Origin: a virus
IMG/VR virus record: IMGVR_UViG_3300030060_005952
Location: 1 to 64,000 of that record
Reading direction: 5' to 3' (one strand)
Length of the DNA stretch: 64,000 nucleotides
Below, piece by piece: positions 57,901 through 64,000 of this stretch (position 1 is the first letter of the stretch; each line of letters begins with the position of its first letter). The notes below the pieces were generated by a model. The model saw nothing but the letters and a program-made list of their open reading frames with translations, was not told the origin of the DNA and did not search any database. The translations under genes and the position numbers were made by a program.

Positions 57901-59630
57901 ATTTCACTGGTATGCTGAACAACGACATAGCTGGCCATCAGGTGCGTTACGCACAAGGAAGAAGGATGTCACGGCCTTTCGGTACACCGTTACGCACGCT
58001 TAGAAACCCTGCCACTGATACGTCAGCTTCTATAACTGTGCAAAGGGACTGGTGGGGCGATAGTGAGCCAAAGGGCATTACAGAGCTATCTGAGGCATCT
58101 CAATACTATTTGGTGGATTGGTGGGGTAACGAGCGTGGAGAGGATGTAAGGCGTGCCCCAGTGCGTGGATTCGGTATCAGACCAGCATGGGACTGTGGTA
58201 ATGCATACAAGATGGGCAGTAATACCCCGTTCGATAGAATCTGGAATGGTGGTAAACCTCTTTTCAATGTCAAAAACGTAATTAATTCCAGTGGAAATGT
58301 AAGTGTTACAGCAGATTTTACCGTTCCTAGATTTGGAGGCACACAAAACGACTCCAATCTAAACGGTAGTAATAATGACCTAGTGGACGTATTCTCCCCT
58401 GTGCATTCACTCAGGGTGGGTTGCATGGGTAATGGAAGGGGTTCTAGATACCCTACTTCCTTCAACGAGTGCATTTTCACTGATGTCTCAGTTACAGATG
58501 AAAAAACTGGTGTAGTTCTCAGTTCCAATACTAGTGAGCCAACTCTTGGCGCTGGTTTTACAAGGCCCCGTAACGATGTACTGCAAGCCGATGAGATAAA
58601 GCGTGGCATAAGCTCAAAGCTATCAATCTCAGAGGATGGGCTTCTCAAGCCAGAGGCTAACGTAGGAGGTAGAACAGACACCATAGTAGGCTCTAGCAAG
58701 CATCTGGAGCCAATAAGCAGGACTAGCCCAAGAATAGGCATAGACGCTCCTTTGTATGACGGATTAGAGGAGAATCATGTAGCCATCACAACAGAGGCAC
58801 ACAGCCTCCACACTGACCGTAACATGGGACAGAGAGTGTCTTTGAGTGCATCACTACAAAGAGATGCCAGAACTGCAGCTAATATAGACATACCAACGTC
58901 TTTCTCTAGGCAGTCTGATGGCTCGTTAGCCTCTGGAATTTTGAGATTCTCACACACAAACTCATTCAGACCGTATGGTGGCTCCTATATTTTGGAAGTC
59001 AGAAGTTATGCTGGTTCTTTTGATGACACTGGTTGGGGTAAGAACAACATTGCCGCCCCTACAAAATCATCTAACCCATATCAAAACGCCACTAGAAAAC
59101 TCACAACAAAACCAAACAACAGAACTGATAAGTCAGTAAAATTCCTAATTAGACCGATAAGACAACTGGATAACAGACATGTGGAAATGTACAGACTGAA
59201 TGATAATTTACACTCTAGCTCACCTCAATACACACTAGGCTATCTGAATTTCACATCTGGCGGCAAGTACGGTTACTTCAATTACGAAGTGGACAATCCA
59301 GCTAGCTCTTCTTTCTATGTGGGCTCATCAAATCCGAATGCCAACGGCCCTTACTACCCAGTTGTCTTGTTCACGAGTGATTACGGGACTGTAAGCTCAC
59401 AGGGCCCTACAATACAAACAAGTGAGCAGTCTTCCTTCGACAACACCGATTTGACAACTGGTGTTGGTAGATTATTGGTTTCTGAGAACACCCTACAGCA
59501 TCACAGGGCTGATTCAGTGAGAGCTGGTGACTTCTCGGTAAAACCAAGATTTTCACAAACTCTTCATCCGAAAGGCCACAAAGGTGATGTAACATTCGGA
59601 ACTGATGACCATAGCGGGGACTCACCATGA
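42999..59630 (+). CDS. giant (about 5540 aa) tail/adhesin protein with N-terminal LamG/ConA-like domain
   Basis: FFFDGVSDSI...ITIETW...ELYVNG...LYIGG...YRFEE LamG pattern; S/T/G-rich; probable ATG 42999. Confidence 0.85.
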   Translation: MTVLGRRNHAFFFDGVSDSIVVPQGHFSSIGKTNPEGQEDIRGLLNPEPRGGSESITSGLFNEEITIETWLMPDQGGTVLEKSGQYKLSVGKIQEAAPATFTIELTNGEAVESHTITTGSHNGTRYTGAIYPLSEQNGMFDTKDSGLNRNHRPLLNVVATYRSGRIELYVNGVLMARKILKDKSLKLATSSENLYIGGKGGEYRGVIEAIHITNDFNPDFTARTAPLRRASTMLLYRFEEPITTYDDVYTLASSASSGATSISISTTEAAALATKLTGSSVTSGTITFTSSPYTSGNYKVLQSTSSGVTQHDVAHVPYNLLLKPVGVNDLTQAPTSLPPERVRLQSINVGTGALTVASIHLDYNTASSGQRGLLHDHASGVQFVVIGADLLLDSGTGKPYQPPHYSSKAIDRTGQMVIDEGPLGQHGFVYSSQMAISTDSPNNPYAVTWPTTISTELSIGHSGRHTLNHVDGHHYLRMLPKPNEEIIDMEINGVADKYKALYVDSQQGIAEQLPVNTEVSILRNVGQFTVNRVVSSTTVNTIYNSHQSTGSTANGTRKLIAIGGTNFDFTPFFLKAPIHDKGATLDSTVRTHHLRPSKTSRVAILNVPALSGSDYNMSPYVEIHYNAIDLSGASMATENNVACLMVEKTVPAGDTAIGTGGAATTIYDLIDAQMGTFTDATCDTNHTSGVSDGSTTSVRHITMDSTSSLAVGMEVSGTGIPSGAFVSAINNSTAFTLSQDTTATNTNTTLTFTRVGLTLHAPGGYIDINTDDFAHKQELLNPHSLSGDNSEGFDADLTLDESLTPGSGYTPYASDTNTNTTPSVIEDSTSKTTTHESSFHKLFFDPLPSEKDLVDFSDFQRMDVISSGSNAGEPDVLVTSSNSPIYESFDIIDNVEITTVDSNMRLIIHPSDRARTNQLHYAQDALNTKGTPNEVSIHYMMSRAKVKGVLEEDNVEGRSYTTVECWGLQNNIGSRNISAISSGSPDSNVVKEIEPNAPVVSVTLGGPGQGGVDTKPTFTKSPFSHKPFSTRRAYAVATKEFVYNHSSGAFTINVQPLNNQSSDMKSWGTFGFPKSGRVYFADGSSAKYDSRTLTAFTFSTATAGSGDFITSDGNEFTGILPLLKNIGVTTNSATGVSGTFAFNATLFSEPDFGDESMIDNGTNVNDRMFQSLSDISHDYQLGTQYASTRALVEIPFFSNQFFNNPDSGTFVGPGNAFKIHLDATHTAHTYNPSPVGRRPKGIEPADREANSAYSISIAKGEHVPYSRIVKWDSSNRRIYVEDASKYPAPSASGSFKNLTSVPRYRRAFLSSGEWVVYSAVDTSNNYLTVPANLSYVFSTNFINELRRSERLPLLVGLHDDTATAMASDVYTPSSEFESRGEYYYDQASAMTQGGNVDYGLRQYVSAVSFKSGPETNPHAPRVEPKRAKGEIVGINAERTTTDGGNTYVVSLSEEDFARFPNLGSRNSNTASGGTIGDLLYEAVVDVNGTEYRFHYYGHLDEISGTSSNTAIPNSAIVIAHYEKTGSYFTPSDLIGSEVVLKQRTRRVMYDEYIAAYAGGSFTNNIPPALSTVDPLYRELLNNIYFGAIFSASASGGGGTTLTVTGTNSVNDLFDFNVRKDDKIFYKYADGLGDVRVGFLGTVTEHIADTNALKFEIDTTSLHSTVTTQLAADGGAQIGVLVNDFKDVDAVLNATWLNPYAPGGLRDGDTIWANMSYNNPHAVEGLFAKSRGVYNEGEVWSEFNGGEGTLAASNPRDSIPLENFLIGANALETARNYAQHVNRTIEENYVSLGLSASLAPTVAYVDPYLANEGHARVLLYDVVHDREFIAFQDIHMQVQSSADATHIGWNRHVVENTDTTMTDLAVSLPATNGAAPYAWTTQIDVANGFPSQNRYIRSTQQSKFIESAYAHDLANKQSDDLTGQTVYSDNARRNNYSRLFGKAHGHHVHVGFSINGAASNQSYSFSTPPRTQESVTTLNRAIDRHPLSRKSSRSFIDSLVKFREVSGKSLRDPSTFFDTPDGTRVIPAFLCLKGIRSSSLDLSSHAEANQSSGLRGIKHLPQWTDMDFVRRLTIDAGEIAEKEGVVDVLSGATEIVRKINQYGALNARMAKTVEVFDAGLNVTSTAIVGGGSAHDPAVWWDVNQAFTSTDSGTHMGYLRAHLGREVEDADGNIGHTIVIHSTVPGASGRNFCVWLDNSTSQTTYKPEFLIGHGGRWRNFWALPDEREGENMHPAPMPLDKNGRPFAPITTLKQYIDSDESGEDVVSVADIGTEEKTDFMSISDVISGKNHNSINRDSFDLEGSTSTLVNGLRIGKRAISRINFGGLVATGVPGWAPVAGTWGFGKNGESTYNTRYGSSSTTRTYSSHISANMLDEENIGKGQLYGFRLRDHLGGEHGIRFIYSRRGQVFANTNTKTPDTLQDEICVFFDDRSSSQGGFTVGTSMMGSGDATGRLVSSFTDQSWRGARWNAKPAPEIAVRMSLAFASTSFTATLSAPYDSLSHPDVLGYLGFPLENGVLQMTDAVTSQDDEVGRVVSYERRVGNTFYNVQNAPATSGTDIKLVSPTINWSCLVTDELMSAVTAAAINKEDANSVTFFDCTSMYAADGRTFGEWGVTPDAIQIVAFNTERNVTPLSKLFNAVVAPDLGIQAAHLEFGEIQKAELTAAGVWDFGTSAARTDTEIDAGMRIDCGYIPKTLLEIRTKGVGPNTNTATPVFVDSDNNPVSTVAWRKNLTGESYTSVSGDHIIPKIDNPILQIDRSEFTDSNWATDNQFKTVTNAYHFLIPASTYVSGDASRSIGQKAVVYLDNEKYAVVESVNDSASFASNNSMKWFSDTEVNWPSTRPAQDEFLHLHLERKFAGIRSIGSVFSEPIILFRGGKSSPDHSVPLFFGGGFSGVVMDVNDGSNNDYSQFYTHPYANGPTGTAGIQNANEISTSFAMLDCNAILAFFPGTALLNQHRASALPPFFNKDNVLSTDLDRGGTTYTAGVVKAKAVPLVLRFPHPTARYDDHVNGVDNKTTYLVFGPGQAFPIREETSVSNPKEPHPGRVITTGNSFSKVPLMTKAFHNHINNEDRDYLPPDKTEYLANAAYHWRAMVNWESPAGYPLGRTYKQRPSHGRMYGQMIWDESTFDDRTQPLRHTPFIGFGIAMAADTVFHMDGGFHPGGSWLDDQLTFNPPKNDARISVSGYSKINPTAFRVAGAMLKSIVTGSTTIADKDTDMEYIAVDATRCQNGEELATVLGAAINTFPGKGALKAIGGTHMPSMGNAMRQDRYGWIDIGAATGTYQNSSHPYYIESVATSDRDLLENLPASGWIRGDIDNSATTNAASYACYFMKQIILSGTDFKARFYLAPNRKENASSPDANFLHDNGGVTPSSSKNLYVWSKSGVIRYNNESVSARDHMTQVHFSGIADAVDRTKPVGAVGWHGERYSYLNSLKITTSVTKNTTTTNTTGYAAGLGAYHPFLNFSPYGSASTVMNTYGQLPLIAPLFGSPESTPVIDGGQSATNQKGYIDSIYSNNTFSSYGRSYNYKDAEDAAPNNLFSDPTNYVMSHANTSNTSILPDELQKSQGVYTSAFLVVSYESELALVAKRDRDGTSAVGDWLYLRQEEDISDSGTTIWDDRIHGQDRYTAPANAGPNVEALIADGTAVPVDTIDANWIDDLFPTGGGAYKYMHSAVSSDTNLSNATPDRAKTGDLIHDLDFSPGSFNLQSDEAERNVAEDKYSGTAYTAETGFSNQYWLSDVNGFQTQKKFAAKNFSVENIVWKRMDGGNLSLPTLDARGLGAVPFVTRVKSNTKYLTGEKIYGNVRFSFETTNSAMMPVLQAQEISQPQLSEKNIFNVKNILQIPNEEIQFEEILVVDDAGQEHVIEGGSPLGTIIRTFNLSQFTSQETTTVFDAGLGVFSNVTENKTGPALANSGLKPRLAVQLPNPDSIPGNLVVRSGFDPIQAYQNETFGSGGMQHPGDNSTRLSSFYDTTYGIGQGHPTYEEVGWEHYDPVNEKSKIGDLNVATLKNSYELHDRALFFHVTKMGHSSTHRYPNVYTTGSNSAANDVEAQTLTFVSFSSGVVTVNAAPNVHVWKRTFTDATCDYNNSTSVSIDSTASLVIGMQVSGTGIPTGAIISSISNSTSFELSAATTGGSVTNGTLTFKETRDFGSREENDDRRYMRLYNPTTGESGVATYTGISGSTFTGVKADANFTTLAATSDTMYLVPSFYIPAGSNRFFAARRLRDHAEVSGNSPDMAHTEYITSVTNAYDRYTKPVMTPMPYPRMGHHYVNATQPMLPGHWAHPVYQSLYKKHRAEQNMLRQTMDGKILLDAVKASAENVPTKSDLSIGNSINPMEAEINFSAINAAPSGPSDLHGGAFTLMFETAVKWDGYGVLGSQGDAGTINKAGGHSITLQAASSYTLANHFPDPAEVGAYQIVIQPNLFSNQLGGADDTTYALTAQQVNTVIGIKHDESNTGAMTLVLARSTEADVRGCEVMINEMMLDINPDFGSQFTNIPKLLLYNPYGVNLNESPSFSRRGFPYSPMFSDSTPGVTLNVPWWSVLFADIASDDLSNDEGFRGLAQSAPHNYYSHSRSTYGSIGNTLTMQGYPTIYPDIYSHILQNTSNIPTCIVQSFNTSTRKITVDNASSFPSLPRFGKHLQYTGKDGKTYSAPYTSRSGFSASEINIPTIFTLPSTATSTNFLNNIFDGAEITLSSTYNTISENTYAKDRTKSIFATNLDDIKLGTRDTNNLNPPDAFLCLWHENLGRPYTIFSESTSRAWNAEPVDADRYNALPEHYETIHYHSATYAMSLGPFSLKVKAQKTGDATGGVHTVDTNNDAGGASGSEFGSVLYNRYWPCGSRGGPQASSLEEYTIASASWSKPGDYDQMGLNWTDADDDGSYSVSSGISSSTSSTKRRAFGYRIAVRQAYNRPRWGLLPARAVYEGTASGSAFNTTNYDSGPIIQMESHGSIPLTYTGILERSTNFTGMLNNDIAGHQVRYAQGRRMSRPFGTPLRTLRNPATDTSASITVQRDWWGDSEPKGITELSEASQYYLVDWWGNERGEDVRRAPVRGFGIRPAWDCGNAYKMGSNTPFDRIWNGGKPLFNVKNVINSSGNVSVTADFTVPRFGGTQNDSNLNGSNNDLVDVFSPVHSLRVGCMGNGRGSRYPTSFNECIFTDVSVTDEKTGVVLSSNTSEPTLGAGFTRPRNDVLQADEIKRGISSKLSISEDGLLKPEANVGGRTDTIVGSSKHLEPISRTSPRIGIDAPLYDGLEENHVAITTEAHSLHTDRNMGQRVSLSASLQRDARTAANIDIPTSFSRQSDGSLASGILRFSHTNSFRPYGGSYILEVRSYAGSFDDTGWGKNNIAAPTKSSNPYQNATRKLTTKPNNRTDKSVKFLIRPIRQLDNRHVEMYRLNDNLHSSSPQYTLGYLNFTSGGKYGYFNYEVDNPASSSFYVGSSNPNANGPYYPVVLFTSDYGTVSSQGPTIQTSEQSSFDNTDLTTGVGRLLVSENTLQHHRADSVRAGDFSVKPRFSQTLHPKGHKGDVTFGTDDHSGDSP

Positions 59631-61021
59631 GGATACAATCGACCAAGGGTGCTTTTTCCGAATCGCTTACTGAGGTTATGGTAGATGTTAGAAAACCAGT
59701 CTTTGTTGACAACGCTCTGCACTACGGAAAATACGAGTCCCAACAATCTGAAAAACCAAAAGTCACAATCTCCACAACTTCCTACAGAGTATCAAAAGAA
59801 GGCAGTTACAGGATAGAGGAAGAGGAGTCCTCCTTGCTTGTGTCACACACAAAAACTCCGGGTCACACTTTTGAAGATAATATTTTTACGCCATACGGAA
59901 ATGACTCTTCATCAGAAATTTTGTATGATGCTAATGATAATAAAAAACGTCTTTTAAGACAAAAAATAGAGGTTTTGGATAAAAAAATAAGAGTTCACTT
60001 GCCAAATATGAAAAATGAAAATCTGTCAACATTTGGTTTTTCTGATGAGGTGAAAATGGGTCAGCCAATAAACGTAGGATTTAGAACAACTGATTTGGCT
60101 TTGGAAATCGGCAAGGAAATAGACGGCACAGTAACGTCTTTTTCAATAGGGGAACCTTTGTCCGTGGCTAACGCAACAACACAGAGGCAAAAACACAGCA
60201 AGACTTTCTTCGCTCATAATTTCAATAATGCCAGCCTGATGACAGCTCTCACAACTTTGGGAAGAAGGGATAATAGAATCTTAGATTACGACATGCATGG
60301 TAACTTAATGTTCATACCTTTCAACTATTCTAGAAAACCACATTTCCTATCAGCGAGTTTGAGAACGGACAGTGAAAATACCAACACAGTGGATGATAGT
60401 GCGAACAGAGTTACAGTGGTAGGTCGTCAAATTGCCTTGAATGACAACTCTTCTGTTACTCTCAATGACGCCACTCAACAAGGCAGGTTTAATATCGAAA
60501 TTGCAGAGGAGCCCATGCCACATTTTGATAATTCTATAATGTCAGAACAGGAGTCAAGGTCCGTAGCAAGACAGATGCTCAAGGCAAACAGACTCCTAGC
60601 AACGAGAATGGAAACAAAGGGACATCCAAAATCTTGGTTCATAAGACCGGGAGAGATTGTTAATTACGGCAACAGAAAATACGTCGTCATGTCAGCTAGC
60701 CACATGTTAGCCTCACAACTAAGCGATTTTACTTTCCTTACGCTAGAATCGGGTGCTGACACAGCAATCAGGTCCGTGTTTGAGGATGAAGCGATAGCCG
60801 AAGAGATAACCAGCGATGACCTAAATGAGCAAATAAAGCAAGTTGATTACGGTTTCTTTGATGAAATTGATATAAAGACCACCCTTCTCCTCACTGTGAC
60901 AGATGTTAGCGGTACACCCCTTCTAATAGGCCGTAACGCTAACAGAGTCAGTATAGGCGGTAGTGCAAAAACGATTGGACTCGGTAAAAAAGAAGCAGAT
61001 GAGAGGTTTTTGGTGTTCTAA
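59627..61021 (+). CDS. tail/baseplate hub-like protein
   Basis: NRVTVVG...SVARQML...IRPGEIVNY pattern typical of hub proteins. Confidence 0.6.
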   Translation: MRIQSTKGAFSESLTEVMVDVRKPVFVDNALHYGKYESQQSEKPKVTISTTSYRVSKEGSYRIEEEESSLLVSHTKTPGHTFEDNIFTPYGNDSSSEILYDANDNKKRLLRQKIEVLDKKIRVHLPNMKNENLSTFGFSDEVKMGQPINVGFRTTDLALEIGKEIDGTVTSFSIGEPLSVANATTQRQKHSKTFFAHNFNNASLMTALTTLGRRDNRILDYDMHGNLMFIPFNYSRKPHFLSASLRTDSENTNTVDDSANRVTVVGRQIALNDNSSVTLNDATQQGRFNIEIAEEPMPHFDNSIMSEQESRSVARQMLKANRLLATRMETKGHPKSWFIRPGEIVNYGNRKYVVMSASHMLASQLSDFTFLTLESGADTAIRSVFEDEAIAEEITSDDLNEQIKQVDYGFFDEIDIKTTLLLTVTDVSGTPLLIGRNANRVSIGGSAKTIGLGKKEADERFLVF

Positions 61022-61368
61022 TGGCAGTTAATGATTATTTGAAGAGGCTCTTGGTAGAGACTATCGCCAATAACATAAACGAAGTCAAGGTAGGCTTTGA
61101 TGGTACACCTGCAACTAGCAGTGATGGTTCACCCGGAAAACCAGCCCCTGTGACTCTCACCCCTACCGTCAAGATACTCGATAGCAATAGCCTGTTAGTT
61201 GAGGCCACACTACCCACAACAGAAAGCTATGATGAAACCATTAAGGAAGTCTATATTCAGATGAGGGACACCAGTGGTTTCACACCAGTAAGCAGACACG
61301 TCTTCGCTCCAATTCTCAAAACAACTGAGAATGAGATAAAAATCCAATTATTGATAGAGGTGAAATAA
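61021..61368 (+). CDS. tail fibre attachment/baseplate small protein
   Basis: TIKEVYI...SRHVFAPILKT pattern. Confidence 0.55.
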   Translation: MAVNDYLKRLLVETIANNINEVKVGFDGTPATSSDGSPGKPAPVTLTPTVKILDSNSLLVEATLPTTESYDETIKEVYIQMRDTSGFTPVSRHVFAPILKTTENEIKIQLLIEVK

Positions 61369-63779
61369 TGTCAAATCCGTTGAAAACACACACAGACAAC
61401 TTGCAGGATGGGGGATTCATATTCTCCTCATCACTGACTAACATGCTAGAAGCAGCTCATGGAAACGGCGTTTTCATGCTAGAGGACTATGCAACTGGCT
61501 CTGGTATCAGAAACACCCCTGCCTCCTTATCAGGTGCAGTGTCGAAAGTTGATGCAAGCACAATCAGAATAAAAGGAGGATTCGCTGTAATAGACGGCTT
61601 ACTAGTCGATTTTGCTGGCGGATATTCATCGAACGCACCAGCAGACACATTCAATGTCGATTTGGACAATTCAAGTTACGGTTCTGCTCTAACTAGTGGA
61701 CAGTCCGTTATTTTCGTGGTTTATGTCACAACCGACAATTCTACGGGCGTAAAGAGAATAGGGATAGAGAGAAGCAGCGCTACTTCCAGTTTCCCAGTAA
61801 CACCAAGTTCGTTCTTGAACGAGGGAGGCGCACTCGACGTTGACCAAACTGTGGTGCTAGCTTTGGTCAAAGCCGATTATGCTAGTAACAGCACAACGAT
61901 GGACATAGACATTCAGACAATCTACGATGTCAGGACCTTCATCAGACCTTCCCCAATCTATCTCGGTAGGATGTCCACTGGCGCAGTTGGCGCCACAGTG
62001 AGTGATTCCAACAGAATCAACGAGCATCAGGATTTGGATGGTATGCAGGGCGGTGGCACTGAAAACGGGGCATTTACAGCTTCAGATTTAGGAGCCCTCT
62101 GGATGAGCAGTGACCCTGCTGGCGAAGATGTCCTGTTTTTCTCAGGCACTCAGGGTGGTTCTAGGAGAACCCATAGGCTTGGACCCAACAAGGCCCTAGT
62201 CTCTAGTCCTAGCAGTGATTTGACGTTTGAGTACGATGGTTACAACTTCTTCATACTCACTCCAAGCGGTGCAATAACTCTGACTCCTGATACGAGTGAC
62301 TCGCCATTCCCGCCCGGACACGTTGTTTATGTCAGCAATCTGCACTCCAGTAACGCAATAACATTTGAGAATGGCTCCAATGACATAACGATAAACGGCA
62401 ACTCAGGTGCTGTGATAGTCTACAACGGCACTGCTTGGTACACCGCTTTCTCCTCTACATCAGCATCCACGGCGGCATCAGGGGCTTCTGGACTTGTACA
62501 ACTCAGTGATGGGTCTAGCGGTTTCACTTCCGATACTGACCTCTCATTCACTACAGGTACTAACACTTTGAATGTCGGTGGACCTATCATTATGTCCGGC
62601 TCGCTCTTCAAAGCGCCAACTGGTCTTGAGTTCACACCAACCTCCAGCAATCCCGGCACTGCCGCCAATACACTGTGGAAGGACAGTGGCACTGGCAATT
62701 ATCTGAAATTAAACGCTGATGCTGTTCTGACTGCTGGAAATTTTGCGACTTTGTTTGCCACAAGCGCAGTAGGAATACACTCCCTAACTGCAGCCTCAAT
62801 AGCATCTGGAGATTTCCTCGCTATAGCTGACGCAAACGATTCTAATACCACAAGAAAGGAATCAATAGACGATATTGCTACGCTATTCGCTGGCACAGGA
62901 TTGACTGCATCTAGCGCTGTAATAGGCATTGATGCGGCACAACCCACCATTACATCGATAGGACCAAGCGATGCAGCAGTTACGGTAGGACAGAATCTAA
63001 TTGTAACGGGTAATCTGACTGTTAGCGGTAGCACAACCACAATCTCAAGCACCACTATCACTGTGGATGACAAGCATGTGGAACTCAACGCAGTCGATAG
63101 CCCAAGTGATGCTAACGCTGACGGTGGTGGCCTCATCCTCAAGTCGGCAAGCGATAGAAGCATTGTATGGAGCAATGCCAATGATGCTTGGACTTTCAAT
63201 CAAAACATATACCCCAGCGCAGACAGTAGCTTCAACATAGGCGCAGATGCCACACGTTTCACCGCTGGTTACTTTGACACTGTGTACGGTGCTGGAAACT
63301 TCTCAACGATAACAGGCTCAGGCGATGTGGCAATAGACACTGACACACTAAAGGTCGATGTGGGCAACGACAGAGTTGGTATCAACCAAGGAACACCATT
63401 GGCCCCACTACAGATAGCCAACTTGGGCTTTGGTGAGGTCACAGGTACTTTGTCTAGTAGCGACAACAATGGTAGCAACGTAATCACAATGGCTCTATTT
63501 TCCGTATCTCAATTCCGTTCAGCCAAGCTTCTGATAGAAGTCGATGGTGAGGATGGCTCAGGCAATAGAGTGCTTGAGGCAGCAGAAGCAGTGGTCACCC
63601 ACGATGGTTCTGCTGGTAGAATAACAACATACGGCGTTGTACAATCGAACGCCAGCGAAACACTCCAAGCGGCCTATAGCGTCACTGTATCTAGCGGTAA
63701 CCTTAATTTAGTTATCACACCAGAGATAAACAGTGTTCAGTACGATGCGAGAGTCACTTGGCAAGGGATGGTGGCATAG
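61368..63779 (+). CDS. tail fibre protein
   Basis: VTGNLTVSGSTTTISSTTITVDD, ADGGGLIL, DRVGINQGTP, C-terminal EAVVTHDG...YG domain typical of marine phage fibres. Confidence 0.8.
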   Translation: MSNPLKTHTDNLQDGGFIFSSSLTNMLEAAHGNGVFMLEDYATGSGIRNTPASLSGAVSKVDASTIRIKGGFAVIDGLLVDFAGGYSSNAPADTFNVDLDNSSYGSALTSGQSVIFVVYVTTDNSTGVKRIGIERSSATSSFPVTPSSFLNEGGALDVDQTVVLALVKADYASNSTTMDIDIQTIYDVRTFIRPSPIYLGRMSTGAVGATVSDSNRINEHQDLDGMQGGGTENGAFTASDLGALWMSSDPAGEDVLFFSGTQGGSRRTHRLGPNKALVSSPSSDLTFEYDGYNFFILTPSGAITLTPDTSDSPFPPGHVVYVSNLHSSNAITFENGSNDITINGNSGAVIVYNGTAWYTAFSSTSASTAASGASGLVQLSDGSSGFTSDTDLSFTTGTNTLNVGGPIIMSGSLFKAPTGLEFTPTSSNPGTAANTLWKDSGTGNYLKLNADAVLTAGNFATLFATSAVGIHSLTAASIASGDFLAIADANDSNTTRKESIDDIATLFAGTGLTASSAVIGIDAAQPTITSIGPSDAAVTVGQNLIVTGNLTVSGSTTTISSTTITVDDKHVELNAVDSPSDANADGGGLILKSASDRSIVWSNANDAWTFNQNIYPSADSSFNIGADATRFTAGYFDTVYGAGNFSTITGSGDVAIDTDTLKVDVGNDRVGINQGTPLAPLQIANLGFGEVTGTLSSSDNNGSNVITMALFSVSQFRSAKLLIEVDGEDGSGNRVLEAAEAVVTHDGSAGRITTYGVVQSNASETLQAAYSVTVSSGNLNLVITPEINSVQYDARVTWQGMVA

Positions 63780-63782
63780 TAG

Positions 63783-64000
63783 ATGACCGAGCGTGATTTT
63801 AAAGTAAAGAAAGGATTGACTGTAGAGAATGGGGATTTGGAGTTCAAAGCCGCATCCTCTGTGAAGATATTGGACAACAGTAGTACATCATTAGTTGTGA
63901 AAGAGGGCTCTAATGCCTACATAACTCTTGATACGTCAAATAGCTCTGAAGCGATTACCTTGCATAAAGCCACTTCTTTCAACGACCAGAATATCACGAA
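63783..64000 (+). CDS. tail fibre-like protein, partial (runs off the window)
   Basis: MTERDFKVKKGLTVENG..., open to the end of the window. Confidence 0.65.
   Translation, partial: MTERDFKVKKGLTVENGDLEFKAASSVKILDNSSTSLVVKEGSNAYITLDTSNSSEAITLHKATSFNDQNIT

Noticed and set aside
42999-59630. Giant ORF as tape measure protein or virion RNA polymerase
   Set aside because: Beta-rich S/T/G composition with a LamG domain; no long helical repeats and no DxDGD-type polymerase context seen
43109-63487. Numerous short minus-strand ORFs within tail genes, e.g. 58106..58741
   Set aside because: Antisense shadows of long plus-strand genes with biased codon usage
1-64000. tRNA/rRNA genes, integrase, transposase, DGR
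   Set aside because: No recognisable cloverleaf, recombinase or reverse transcriptase motifs by eye; intergenic gaps are mostly too short

Overview
This is a 64 kb segment of a tailed (HK97-fold) archaeal virus. Gene content, GGTGA/GAGG-type RBSs, archaeal TATA-like leaderless promoters and the MCP sequence fit a Magrovirus-like virus of marine group II Euryarchaeota (Poseidoniales); this assignment is recognised by eye and was not confirmed by a search. Two minus-strand genes and a palindrome-rich intergenic switch region (about 1340-1700) are followed by an almost entirely plus-strand late region. That region holds a variable array of small 'cargo' genes, a membrane module built around an Arf-like small GTPase, putative small and large terminase, a LAGLIDADG protein, portal, a 1747-aa protein with a catalytically dead ligase domain, prohead protease/scaffold and MCP. 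It continues with neck and tail genes, tail chaperones joined by a -1 frameshift, a very short tape-measure-like gene, a 5549-aa tail protein and fibres. There are three main candidate novel systems. (1) About 13 unrelated proteins (two ART-like, HD hydrolase, zincin, HNH-like, basic proteins) share an F/M-x-x-AW-x-x-L-K leader ending in the same Lys motif seen in MCP and scaffold, which suggests a modular capsid-targeting, protease-release cargo system. (2) PCNA-binding PIP-box motifs occur in several of these putative injected proteins. (3) An Arf-like GTPase sits in a membrane-protein operon. GATC and CCWGG appear to be avoided.
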